DNA from: Candidatus Aenigmatarchaeota archaeon
GTDB lineage: Archaea > Aenigmatarchaeota > Aenigmatarchaeia > CG10238-14 > SpSt-28
NCBI GenBank assembly: GCA_038733315.1
Contig: JAVYPJ010000001.1
Location: 39,863 to 103,862, forward strand
Reading direction: 5' to 3'
Length of the DNA stretch: 64,000 nt
Part shown: one piece after another, positions 8,793-19,015 of the stretch
Position numbering within the stretch: position 1 is the first letter of the stretch
How the letters are laid out: each line of letters opens with the position of its first letter
Made by a program: the position numbers and the translations under genes
The notes under the pieces: model-generated
Told to the model about the DNA's origin: nothing
The model's database searches: none
The model's input: only the letters and a program-made list of their open reading frames with translations

Positions 8793-11700
8793 ATGGAGTT
8801 AAAAGAAAATGTTTTAGTTTTTTTGGTGTTTTTAGTGTTTTTTAGCTTTTTTTCTTTTTCTCAGGTTGAAACTCAAAGATTTAATCAATCAGAAAGTTCT
8901 GTAATAATAGGAAGTGCATCTACATTAAATCAAGCTGTTATAGATTCTCTTCTTAATATAGATTCTGATGGATTGACTTGGAATATAGCAAAATCTCAAG
9001 TACCACATAGGAAAATTAAAACTGTTGAATACTTCATTTATCAAGATATGACACAAATGGCAGCAAATACTGAAAAATCTGGAAGTTTTACTGTTTATAT
9101 TCCAGAAAAAAATCCAATAATAAGAAGCGCTATAATAGAAATAAGAAACTTAATATACAATACTCAAATAACAGCGGGTCAAACTGTTATTTTATCCAAT
9201 GGAACTACAAACATAACACTATTAACCACTCAAGCAGGTCCAGCAGCTACTGGAGAAAATATGTATTATACATTTTTAATTAATGCAACAGATGCCTTAA
9301 GAAATTTTATTTCTGGAAGTGGTACTTATACTTTTACTTTATACGTTAAATTAAATGCTATTAGACAAGGAGAAAATGCAAAATTAATTTTGACGTATGA
9401 ATACGATAGCGATTCTCCTAGAGAAATTAAAACAATTAGATTTTTTGTTGGTCAACTAAATTCAACCTTAGCTGTAGGTTCATCTACTAATTTTATAATT
9501 CCACCATTAAATCTACCAGAAAAAAATGTAATTATAAGGGATGCTTTTTTTGAAACATATATTCACTTACAACCAGGAGGTAATGTAAATCAAGGTATAT
9601 CAATAGATTTAGATGGTGTAAACGCAATTTCTGGAACACCTATAAATAATGCTGGTTCAACCACAATAGATTATGTTTTTTTATATAGAAACATTTTTGA
9701 TACATCAACATCGCATACTTTCAATTTTAAACCAACTGCTGGTTATGCTTTACATGCAGTCGGTACTGAATTAGTATTAACTTACGAATATGATAGCGAT
9801 TCTGAATTGCAATTAAAAACTGTAAGGTATTTAATTGGTCAAGATGGTGGATTATACACTACACCACACACAGCAACATTTTCAAGAACTATTATTATTC
9901 CAGAAGATGTTAAAAGTATTATAAGCGCTTATAATAGAATAACTTTTTCCATAGCTTATGGTTCAGGAGCCGGAACAACAGCATATACAACAACAATTGG
10001 TGTAAATTCATCTGTTTCTGGAGAATCTCAACCTAGAGTTGATTATATATTGGGTTTAAGAGATGAGCAAGTAAGTCATTCAATGATTTTATATAATGCA
10101 ACTGGTTTATACAGTATAACAAATGGTACAACTATAGTCTGCTCTGTTTATAGCTCAGCAGCTACCACAAGCTATTATACCGGAAGTAAAGGTTGTGAAT
10201 TAATATTAACTTATGTTTATAATGCTTCTAATTCAACTTCATTTGTAAATAGCGTAGAATATTTTGTAGGTAGTAGTTATCATTTAGCTTTAGCATCATC
10301 AATTAACTTTCCTTTTAGTTTTGTAATATCTGAACCAAATTATTTAATTAGAGATGCCTATTTAAATGTATATGGATTTACTGGATCTTCTACAACAGGT
10401 ACAAATACCTTAGTTTCCTATGTTAACGTTCCAGGATATGTTTCTCAAACATGTAATTTCAGAAATACTGGAGAAGCGAGGTCTGATTTCTGCTGGGATT
10501 ACGTTGGAGATAATATAACTATTGCAAACAGTTATACTGTAGTTTTATCTTCTAGTGTAACAAGATGGTTTGCGTCAAAACTAATAGTAACTTATTCTTA
10601 TATGCCATTTTATAAAGTTGAAGTTGAACATAATGCATCGATATTTTTTGAAGGTCTTCTAAGAAATATTAGCATAATGATTAACTTCACTTCTTCTACT
10701 CAAAACACTTTTTCTATGCATATATATGATTTCAAAAACAATCAATGGAATAGTACTATTTGTCAGAATTTATTAGCAAACCCAAACCAATTCTATGTTT
10801 ATTGGTGTAATATAAGCAATTCAGAAGTTAATAATTTTGTTTCTAGTGATAATAAAGTTAGGGTTAGATTTTTTTCTAACGAAGATTTTAATCAAGGAGT
10901 TTTAATGGAAGAATATGTACAGTTTTTCGTTACTTATGAATTCATTAACTATGCACCAATTTTGTTTGATAACATCGAAATTCCTAACTCACCAACTACA
11001 TATTTAAAAAATAGAGCATATATTTTTAAAGTTAAAGTAACCGATCTTAATGGAGAAAATGATATAGATAGTGTTATATTTGAGTTTAATGGAATTAATC
11101 AAACTGTAAATAATTACGTTACAATAAATTCTACTACTAGAGAATATTCTATAGAAATTTATGATTTGGCTGCAAATCCATATGGATATATTTTTAGATG
11201 GTACGCTAAGGATAAAAGAAATTCTTGGTCAAATGTTGTTGAAGGAATGTATGTAATTAACAAAGCTATTCCAGAAATAAACTTAGAATTATCTAATAGT
11301 ATAGTAGATTATCCTAACGAAACAAATGCTACTTGCTATTTAATTTTAGGCGACGAAGAAAATAACCTAAAACTCTATAGAAATAATACTCTTGTTAATA
11401 GCAATAAAGATAGAGTTTCAGAAATTGCTATATTAGGCGCTGGAGTTTATGAATATTCATGTTATTATGAAGAAACTCAGAACTTTACTTCATATTTAGT
11501 TGAAAACTTTATATTAACTATAAATAAGGGCATTCCAAAAGTATTCTTAGAAATTAATGGAATGCAAAATGATTACATAACTTATTATCCAGAAGAGATA
11601 AACATTACAGCTTGGATGGAAAACTTATATGAAGAGGGAGAGATAAAGTTATATAAAAATGGGAACTTAATCTTTTCTGGAAAAAGATTTTCTGAAGTTT

Positions 11701-14700
11701 CTGTTTTAGCAGCTGGAGAATATTATTTTGATTTAATTTTTGAAGAAACACAAAACTATACTTATTATGAAATTAGAAACAGATATCTAAGAATAAATAA
11801 AGGAATTTCTTCGGCTCAGCTAATTATATATCCAGAGTCTCCAATAACATATGGAACAGAAACTACTGCAATATGTATAGCTACAAATCCAGAAGCTGAA
11901 GCAAAATTATGGAGAAATGGAACAGATGTTACTAGTGAAAACGGAACAGCTATAATATTGCCGGCAGGAATTTGGTATTATGAATGTAATGTTACAGAAA
12001 CACAAAATTACACGAGCGCCTCTGATTCTAAAATATATATAGTTAATAAAGCGTTTGTTGAAGTGAAACTGTTTTTAAATGGAACAGAAGAAGATAGAGT
12101 TTATACTTATGGAGATTTTGCAAACATAACTGCAACTATTAATGTTTCTGATAAAGTTATTTATATAGAGGCTAATTTTAGTGGATATCCGGAAATTATA
12201 GCATATGGAAAAGATGTTGTTACTATAATAACTAATAATTTTGGTGCTGGTATCTATAATATAACTGCTTATTTTCCTGGGGATCAAAATTATACAAGTA
12301 GTTTTAAGAGTTTATTGATGATAGTGAATAAAAAACCAACAAACATATATCTGTGGATAAATGGAACAAGAGAAAATAAGGTTTATTATGATAATGCAAC
12401 AATTAATTTTACTGTTGAATTGCTAGAAAATAACGATATAGTTCAGTTATTAAGTAACTATAGCGATGGTAATTATAAAATTATTTCAAGTGGAGTTTCT
12501 CCGTTAATAACTATTCTTAACTTAGATGTTGGGGGTATATTTAATTTTACAGGTTATTATCCTGGAAACCTTAACTATACTGAAAGTTCTGAGAGTTGGA
12601 TAGTAACCATAGGAAAAACGAATGTAGATGTAGAGATTTTACCAGCACAAAAAATAGGAATAAACGATGTTTTTAATATAAAGGGAGTTTGTAGTTGTAT
12701 GTATGTGAATTGTAGTAATGTTAATGTTGAGTTGTTAGTAGACAATGAAAGAATTTCGAACGAATCATTATCTTTACAATTAGTAGATGGGGATAATCCA
12801 TATTATTTAGAAGGAAGTTTTGATTACATAGAAGTTTTTTGGAATGTTTCAGCAAATATAATAGGGAATTATTCTATAAAGGTTAAGTGTAATTCCTCTG
12901 AATTTTATGATAAGTTTTCTGAAGAAAAAACTATAGAAGTTATAGATAATAAAGCACCTAAGTGGTTTTTAAACAGAAGCTTTCCTGAGATAGCTTATTA
13001 TTCTCCGAATGCTAATTATAGATTTAGTATTGTTTGGATAGATGAAAGCGAAATAGAAGAAGTTTTAATAGAGCATAACTTTACTTCCATAGTTAAAAAC
13101 GATAGTATGATAAAAAATGGTAATGAATTCTATTTTGAAATATATGATTTGCCAGCGGGAACTTATTATTGGAAAAGTTATGCTAAGGATATATATGGAA
13201 ATTGGAATGTTAGCCACGATTTTATTTACGTTGTAAATAAAGCGCCTGTTGAAATAAAAATATATTTTAATGGGAGTGAAGAGCAAAATGTTTTTGATGT
13301 TTATGATATAATAAACGTTACAGCTATAATAAATGTAAGCAATAAAATAATTTATTTGAATTCGAATCTTCCAAATTGGGATATAGTTGAAAATAATACA
13401 ATAATAGATATTTTAGTTAACCTTAATAAAAAAGGTAAGTTTATATTTAGCTCATATTTCTTGGGAGATCAAAATTATTCCTCGTATTATATCGAAAAAG
13501 AAATTGAAGTAGTTGATAGGATTCCGCCAAAAATTGTTTTTATTGGACAAAATAGAAGTTGGATTGGAGTAGGAGAAAGTTTGCTTATTTTTGGTAAATG
13601 GAATGACAACTATGATTTAGATTACGCTTGGTTGGAAACTAATGAAAATGGTTCTTGGGAAAATGTCTCTTATGTTAAATTGAATTTAGAAGATAATTTA
13701 ATTTGGTCCAATTTTACTTGGAGAAATCCAGAAGTAATCGCTGGTAGTTGGATTAGTTGGAGAATATGTGCTAATGATACATCTAATAATATAAACTGTT
13801 CTCAAATATATAGTTTTTTTGTTAATGCGAGTAAGCTATGGAACATTACTTTGAATGAAAGAATTTTTTCTTCTCCTTCAATAGGAGATGTTAATGGAGA
13901 TGGAGAAATTAATGTTGTTATTGCAAGTTTTAATGGAACATTATACGCTATAAGAGCTGTTAATGGAGAAATTCTTTGGATGATTAACTTACCTGGAAGA
14001 ATCGTTGGAAGTCCCTCTCTTTCGCAGCTAGAAAATGAAAATTATTTGAGAATTTTCATTGGTAGTTATGATTATAATTTATATGCTATAAATGGTAGTG
14101 ATGGAAGTAAAATATGGAATTTTTCTGCTAGTGGAAGAATTGTCTCTTCAGCAGCTATAGGAGATGTTAATGGAGATAATGTTATAGATATAGTTTTTGG
14201 TTCGGAAGATGGAAAGGTCTATTGCATAGATATTCTTAATGGAAATTTAATATGGAGTTTTCAAACTAATGGAAGAATAGTTTCTTCGCCATCAATAAAG
14301 AAAATTGGAGATGAAACATATGTTTTCATTGGTAGTTATGATTATAATTTATATGCTATAAATGGTAGTGATGGAAGTAAAATATGGAATTTTTCTGCTA
14401 AGGATAAAATTGAAAGTACTCCATTAATAGATGATTTCGATAATGACGGAAAATATGAAGTTGTTTTTGGATCTTATGATAGAAATGTTTATGTTTTAGA
14501 TGCTCAAACAGGAAATTTGCTATGGAACTATACAACCAATAATTGGATAACTTCTTCTCCAATAACTTTAAGAGTTGGAAATGATAAAAAAATTATAATT
14601 ACGTCACATGATTCGAAGGTTTACTCTTTTAATCCAGATGGCACAATTAACTGGACTTTTACAATTCCTACAGGTGGAAGAGTTCCATATTTACCTTCCG

Positions 14701-16421
14701 CTTTCGATGCAAATAAAGACGGTATTCAAGATGTTATAGTTGGTGCTACAGACGGAAGAATTTATGTAATTAATGGATTAAATGGAACTCTAATTTGGTT
14801 TTATAATATTGGAAACTACATTTATACTTCTCCCGCAATTGCAGATCTAAATAGAGATGGAAAATTAGATGTTTCTTTTGGGGGCTTAGATAGAAATGTA
14901 TATGCACTAGATCCTCCATCTTGGAATATGTTTGGTGGAAACGAAAGAAGTACAAGAATTTATGATATCGTTCCGCCAAAGCTTATTCATTATGAAAAAG
15001 AAATAGATGGTTGTAATATTAATATTGTTTCTAAATGGAAGGATTTATCTAATCTTGAATTTGCAGAAGTATTTATAGAGAGTGAAAGTTTAAAAGAAAG
15101 GTACAAAATTAAATTGCTTGGCCCAGAAGATTGGGTTAATATTACATTTAAATCTTGCAATAATTCTATTGTAAATATAAAAGTCTTGGATGAATATGGA
15201 AATGTAGAAAAGCTAGAAGATTATATAGAGATTAAAGTTTACGATAATAAACCAAAAATAATAGAAGTTAAAGCTATTCCAAACACAAGTTTTTATAACA
15301 AAAATCAAGTTTATAAGATATTGGCAAAAATAGAAGATGATTATGAAATTTCGAATGTTTTGATTGAAAATGATTTTAAAGGTTATTTATCTAACGAAAG
15401 TATGCATTTAGAAAACGATTATTTTGTTTATCACATTTCTAACTTAGAAGCCAATACTTATAAATTTAGGATACATGCATGTGATTTATCAAATAATTGT
15501 GAAAGTTCTGAATGGAATGAAATAATAATTCTTAAAGCTCCTCAAAATGTTACGCTTAAATTAGATAAAGAAACCTACAAATATGGAGAGTTTATTAAAA
15601 TTAATTGCACAGCCGCTAAAGACGAAATTTCAAAAATAAAAATACTTATAAATGATAGTTTAATAAAAGAAGAAATAAGTAATGAGATAAACATCTCATT
15701 AAAATTGCAGAGTGGTTATTGGAAAGTTAAATGCGTTGCAGAAGAATCTAAAAATTATTTAGAAGGTTTTGATGAAAAAACAATTGTAGTTGAAAAAAGA
15801 ATTCCAAAAACTAAGCTAAAAATTAATTATAATGAAAGTGATGTAGTATTAGAATGTCCAGCTAAAATAAGAATTGATGCGTATTCTTTAGAAGAAGATG
15901 AGGATGTCGAATACTATTTATTCCTATCTTCAGAAGAATACAATGAATTTTTAGGTTATGGAAAAAATATAAGTTTAGAATTAGTTTTTGAAAATGCGAG
16001 AAACTTTAAAGTTATATATAACAATAGCGAGGGAAAAAATATTTTTTCACATCAAATAGTTAGAAATGTTTTTATTATCGATAATAAAAGTCCTAAAAAT
16101 ATATTTTATAAAAGAAGTCTTAATAGAGATGGTTTAATTATTACATCTAAATGGATGGATAATTGCAGTGAGATAGTAAGAGCTATAATTACTGAAAATA
16201 GCAATGGAAATAAAGAAATTGTAGTAAAACCCGTTAATGGTTGGGTTAACTATACAATATCTAGAACAGATTTATTCTCTACATATGGATGTAAATGGAT
16301 ATTAGGAAGAATATGCATAAAGGAAGTAAGTTTTGAAATAAAGGTTTTTGATTCTTTCAATAATTTCGCTGTTAAAAAAGATAAAGTTAAACTAATTTTT
16401 TTAAGTTCTAGAAAAATATAG
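8793..16421 (+). CDS. Giant (2542 aa) secreted modular adhesin-like protein: jelly-roll-like repeats, Ig-like repeats, PQQ/FG-GAP beta-propeller
   Basis: Signal peptide; four KT(V/I)x(Y/F)...LxxTYxY repeats; AG.Y.Y...ETQNY/GDQNY Ig repeats; DVNGDG, DLNRDG and SSP..LYAING..GS..W propeller repeats at about 13830-14930. Confidence 0.85.
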   Translation: MELKENVLVFLVFLVFFSFFSFSQVETQRFNQSESSVIIGSASTLNQAVIDSLLNIDSDGLTWNIAKSQVPHRKIKTVEYFIYQDMTQMAANTEKSGSFTVYIPEKNPIIRSAIIEIRNLIYNTQITAGQTVILSNGTTNITLLTTQAGPAATGENMYYTFLINATDALRNFISGSGTYTFTLYVKLNAIRQGENAKLILTYEYDSDSPREIKTIRFFVGQLNSTLAVGSSTNFIIPPLNLPEKNVIIRDAFFETYIHLQPGGNVNQGISIDLDGVNAISGTPINNAGSTTIDYVFLYRNIFDTSTSHTFNFKPTAGYALHAVGTELVLTYEYDSDSELQLKTVRYLIGQDGGLYTTPHTATFSRTIIIPEDVKSIISAYNRITFSIAYGSGAGTTAYTTTIGVNSSVSGESQPRVDYILGLRDEQVSHSMILYNATGLYSITNGTTIVCSVYSSAATTSYYTGSKGCELILTYVYNASNSTSFVNSVEYFVGSSYHLALASSINFPFSFVISEPNYLIRDAYLNVYGFTGSSTTGTNTLVSYVNVPGYVSQTCNFRNTGEARSDFCWDYVGDNITIANSYTVVLSSSVTRWFASKLIVTYSYMPFYKVEVEHNASIFFEGLLRNISIMINFTSSTQNTFSMHIYDFKNNQWNSTICQNLLANPNQFYVYWCNISNSEVNNFVSSDNKVRVRFFSNEDFNQGVLMEEYVQFFVTYEFINYAPILFDNIEIPNSPTTYLKNRAYIFKVKVTDLNGENDIDSVIFEFNGINQTVNNYVTINSTTREYSIEIYDLAANPYGYIFRWYAKDKRNSWSNVVEGMYVINKAIPEINLELSNSIVDYPNETNATCYLILGDEENNLKLYRNNTLVNSNKDRVSEIAILGAGVYEYSCYYEETQNFTSYLVENFILTINKGIPKVFLEINGMQNDYITYYPEEINITAWMENLYEEGEIKLYKNGNLIFSGKRFSEVSVLAAGEYYFDLIFEETQNYTYYEIRNRYLRINKGISSAQLIIYPESPITYGTETTAICIATNPEAEAKLWRNGTDVTSENGTAIILPAGIWYYECNVTETQNYTSASDSKIYIVNKAFVEVKLFLNGTEEDRVYTYGDFANITATINVSDKVIYIEANFSGYPEIIAYGKDVVTIITNNFGAGIYNITAYFPGDQNYTSSFKSLLMIVNKKPTNIYLWINGTRENKVYYDNATINFTVELLENNDIVQLLSNYSDGNYKIISSGVSPLITILNLDVGGIFNFTGYYPGNLNYTESSESWIVTIGKTNVDVEILPAQKIGINDVFNIKGVCSCMYVNCSNVNVELLVDNERISNESLSLQLVDGDNPYYLEGSFDYIEVFWNVSANIIGNYSIKVKCNSSEFYDKFSEEKTIEVIDNKAPKWFLNRSFPEIAYYSPNANYRFSIVWIDESEIEEVLIEHNFTSIVKNDSMIKNGNEFYFEIYDLPAGTYYWKSYAKDIYGNWNVSHDFIYVVNKAPVEIKIYFNGSEEQNVFDVYDIINVTAIINVSNKIIYLNSNLPNWDIVENNTIIDILVNLNKKGKFIFSSYFLGDQNYSSYYIEKEIEVVDRIPPKIVFIGQNRSWIGVGESLLIFGKWNDNYDLDYAWLETNENGSWENVSYVKLNLEDNLIWSNFTWRNPEVIAGSWISWRICANDTSNNINCSQIYSFFVNASKLWNITLNERIFSSPSIGDVNGDGEINVVIASFNGTLYAIRAVNGEILWMINLPGRIVGSPSLSQLENENYLRIFIGSYDYNLYAINGSDGSKIWNFSASGRIVSSAAIGDVNGDNVIDIVFGSEDGKVYCIDILNGNLIWSFQTNGRIVSSPSIKKIGDETYVFIGSYDYNLYAINGSDGSKIWNFSAKDKIESTPLIDDFDNDGKYEVVFGSYDRNVYVLDAQTGNLLWNYTTNNWITSSPITLRVGNDKKIIITSHDSKVYSFNPDGTINWTFTIPTGGRVPYLPSAFDANKDGIQDVIVGATDGRIYVINGLNGTLIWFYNIGNYIYTSPAIADLNRDGKLDVSFGGLDRNVYALDPPSWNMFGGNERSTRIYDIVPPKLIHYEKEIDGCNINIVSKWKDLSNLEFAEVFIESESLKERYKIKLLGPEDWVNITFKSCNNSIVNIKVLDEYGNVEKLEDYIEIKVYDNKPKIIEVKAIPNTSFYNKNQVYKILAKIEDDYEISNVLIENDFKGYLSNESMHLENDYFVYHISNLEANTYKFRIHACDLSNNCESSEWNEIIILKAPQNVTLKLDKETYKYGEFIKINCTAAKDEISKIKILINDSLIKEEISNEINISLKLQSGYWKVKCVAEESKNYLEGFDEKTIVVEKRIPKTKLKINYNESDVVLECPAKIRIDAYSLEEDEDVEYYLFLSSEEYNEFLGYGKNISLELVFENARNFKVIYNNSEGKNIFSHQIVRNVFIIDNKSPKNIFYKRSLNRDGLIITSKWMDNCSEIVRAIITENSNGNKEIVVKPVNGWVNYTISRTDLFSTYGCKWILGRICIKEVSFEIKVFDSFNNFAVKKDKVKLIFLSSRKI
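14053..14400 (+). repeat. Exact 78-bp intragenic direct repeat (14053-14130 and 14323-14400)
   Basis: Both copies encode FIGSYDYNLYAINGSDGSKIWNFSA with identical codons; offset 270 bp. Confidence 0.9.
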
Positions 16422-16424
16422 GTT

Positions 16425-16946
16425 ATGAAAAAGAATTATTTAGTAGCACTAATTATTTTAATTTTCTTTATCTTTTTATTTTTTAACTTTTTTATTATAG
16501 AAGAAGAAATAATATTATTTCCAAAATTTGGCAAAGATAGTGATGGTAGTTTAAGCGATGAAATAGTTGAAAATATTAAAAAAGGTTATGAAAGAGTAAT
16601 TCTAAAATTTTATCCATATGGTTTTTTAGAGGTTTGGGGTTGGGAAAACCAATTTTTTGTTAAAAAAATTTTTGCAGTAGTAGAATGGAGAGCCGATGAA
16701 GATTTAGGAGCTGGAAATATATTTATTGGTTATTCGTTAGATGGAAAAAATTACTATGAAATTGGCCCATTCAATGCATCTAATAATTATACGAAAACAA
16801 TAATAGAAATTCCTATTAAAACATTCTCTAACATAGAAAATATAAAGATTAGGTTTAGAGGAGAGGATTTGGATTATGCAATAGATGCATATGCAGAAGT
16901 TAAAATTTATCTAAAAGTTATAAGGTATAAATTTAGATTATATTAA
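16425..16946 (+). CDS. N-anchored single jelly-roll-like domain, paralogous to the repeated domain of the next gene
   Basis: DSDG...YPYG...GAGNIFIGYSLDG...IRFRGEDLD matches DSDG...YPFG...GAGNIYIEYSFDG...VRFRGEDLD. Confidence 0.75.
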   Translation: MKKNYLVALIILIFFIFLFFNFFIIEEEIILFPKFGKDSDGSLSDEIVENIKKGYERVILKFYPYGFLEVWGWENQFFVKKIFAVVEWRADEDLGAGNIFIGYSLDGKNYYEIGPFNASNNYTKTIIEIPIKTFSNIENIKIRFRGEDLDYAIDAYAEVKIYLKVIRYKFRLY

Positions 16947-19015
16947 TGAGAAAGTTATATAATTCGCTTTTTTTCTTTTTTATCGTAGTTATTATAGCAA
17001 ATATTATACACTCTCCATTATCTGAATTCTTTCCTATGAATTGTATTGATAGCGATGGAGATTGTAATGTAGAAAGAATAAAGTATTTGGATAATGAATA
17101 TGAAATGATTGATTTATTGTATTATCCTTTTGGATATTTAATTGCTAGGGATTTTGAAATAGAAATACCAGACGAAAACGAAATAGATTATGTAAATATT
17201 AGTGTTTTCTGGTATACTGATATAGGAGAAGGTGCTGGAAATATTTATATAGAATATTCTTTTGATGGAACAAATTGGTATTATTGTTCTGGACCATATA
17301 ATGAAAGTTCTGAAATAGTTCATTCTTATTGTAGCTTAAGCTCAATATCTAAGGAACAATTGCAAAATCTAATGGTTAGGTTTAGAGGAGAGGATTTAGA
17401 TGGATTTCCGATGGCATTTGCTTATATAGATCAAATAAGCCTATATGTACATCATTCTTCTGCTCCAAAATTAAGAAATCAAACTACAAATACTACAAAT
17501 GATTTTATTTACTTTGATCAAGCAATTGAGCTATCTATAGAAATATTTAGCGATAATGGAATTTCTTGTGTATGGTTATCTACGAACGAGAGTGGTAATT
17601 GGATTAATTATACCGACGGAACGTATAATTCTCCAATATGTTTAGATGGTATTTCAAATACTTGGGTAAAGGTTAACTTTACTTGGAAAAATTCCTCTGC
17701 GATAGGATATGTTGGATGGAAAATTTATGTAAATGACACACTTGGAAAAATAAACGTAAGTGATGATAAAACTTTTTTTGTTCAATATAGAGTTTTTCCT
17801 ATGAATTGTATTGATAGCGATGGAGATTGTAATGTAGAAAGAATAAAGTATTTAGATAATGAATATGAAATGATTGATTTATTGTATTATCCTTTTGGAT
17901 ATTTAATTGCTAGGGATTTTGAAATAAATTTAAAGGGAAACATTCTTATAAGAGATGCTAGTATTCATGTTTTCTGGTATACTGATATAGGAGAAGGTGC
18001 TGGAAATATTTATATAGAATATTCTTTTGATGGAACAAATTGGTATTATTGTTCTGGACCATATAGTGAAAGTTCTGAAATAGTTCATTCTTATTGTAGC
18101 TTAAGCTCAATATCTAAGGAACAATTGCAAAATCTAATGGTTAGGTTTAGAGGAGAGGATTTAGATGGATTTCCGATGGCATTTGCTTATATAGATCAAA
18201 TTTTCGTATCATTTAATTTTTCATACGTTTATTCTTATCTAGAAGTTATTTTAACTTCTCCAAAAACAAACGTAATAAATAATATATTCCAAAACTCTAC
18301 ATTTTTTGTTAATGTTTCGATTTTTTGTAGAAATGGAAATTGTACTGATGTAAAAGCTGTTATAAGATATAATGAATCGTCTCCATATCCAAATACTCCA
18401 ATTAATGAAACGTATGGAGCAAAGCCGTTTTTCATAGATGAGGAAAATCCTAATTCAATTAAATATTGTGGCAATATGAGTATGGATGAAAAATGCGATT
18501 TATATTGGATAATAAATGCTAGCGGAAACGTAAAAAGCATTTGGAAAATAGGTGTTTTGGTTTTTTCTTCCGATGGAATTTATAATCATACTGAAAACGC
18601 GACAATAAAAATTATAGGTTGCGTAATAGATGTTACTCTAACTTTTGATAAAATAAGTTTTGGTGATGTTTTACCTAACGTTATTGGAAATCCTGCCGAA
18701 GGGAATAATAATGAAGAGTATAAAATAATAGTAAATCCAGGAAGTTGCTCAATAGATGCATATATTAAAGGTTATGATTTGTACAATGATACATACAATT
18801 CTAAAATCCCCGTACAAAATATAAAAGTTAGTAATCAAAGCAATGATTACAGCAATTCATTTAGTTTGGATTATGAGTTTAAATTATTAATAAAAAGTTT
18901 AGCTCAAAATTCGATTAAGCCAATATTTTTTTGGTTAGATGTACCACCAGTTTTTGCTGGAATTTACTATGGAACTATTACAATAAAAATAGTTGAAGAA
19001 GATGAATTGCCTTAA
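16946..19015 (+). CDS. Secreted modular protein: two jelly-roll-like domains, Ig modules, C-terminal fibre-subunit-like domain
   Basis: Signal peptide; duplicated ~135-aa domain; C-terminal DVTLTFDKISFG...WLDVPPVFAGIYYGTITI. Confidence 0.75.
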   Translation: MRKLYNSLFFFFIVVIIANIIHSPLSEFFPMNCIDSDGDCNVERIKYLDNEYEMIDLLYYPFGYLIARDFEIEIPDENEIDYVNISVFWYTDIGEGAGNIYIEYSFDGTNWYYCSGPYNESSEIVHSYCSLSSISKEQLQNLMVRFRGEDLDGFPMAFAYIDQISLYVHHSSAPKLRNQTTNTTNDFIYFDQAIELSIEIFSDNGISCVWLSTNESGNWINYTDGTYNSPICLDGISNTWVKVNFTWKNSSAIGYVGWKIYVNDTLGKINVSDDKTFFVQYRVFPMNCIDSDGDCNVERIKYLDNEYEMIDLLYYPFGYLIARDFEINLKGNILIRDASIHVFWYTDIGEGAGNIYIEYSFDGTNWYYCSGPYSESSEIVHSYCSLSSISKEQLQNLMVRFRGEDLDGFPMAFAYIDQIFVSFNFSYVYSYLEVILTSPKTNVINNIFQNSTFFVNVSIFCRNGNCTDVKAVIRYNESSPYPNTPINETYGAKPFFIDEENPNSIKYCGNMSMDEKCDLYWIINASGNVKSIWKIGVLVFSSDGIYNHTENATIKIIGCVIDVTLTFDKISFGDVLPNVIGNPAEGNNNEEYKIIVNPGSCSIDAYIKGYDLYNDTYNSKIPVQNIKVSNQSNDYSNSFSLDYEFKLLIKSLAQNSIKPIFFWLDVPPVFAGIYYGTITIKIVEEDELP
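17030..18201 (+). repeat. Near-identical ~407-bp intragenic duplication (17030-17436 and 17795-18201) with a divergent ~41-bp core
   Basis: Offset 765 bp; only two substitutions seen outside 17162-17202 / 17927-17967. Confidence 0.9.

Noticed and set aside
17030..18201. Near-identical repeat pair as a diversity-generating retroelement TR/VR
   Set aside because: No reverse transcriptase in the window, both copies are coding, and differences form one block rather than scattered adenine-specific changes.
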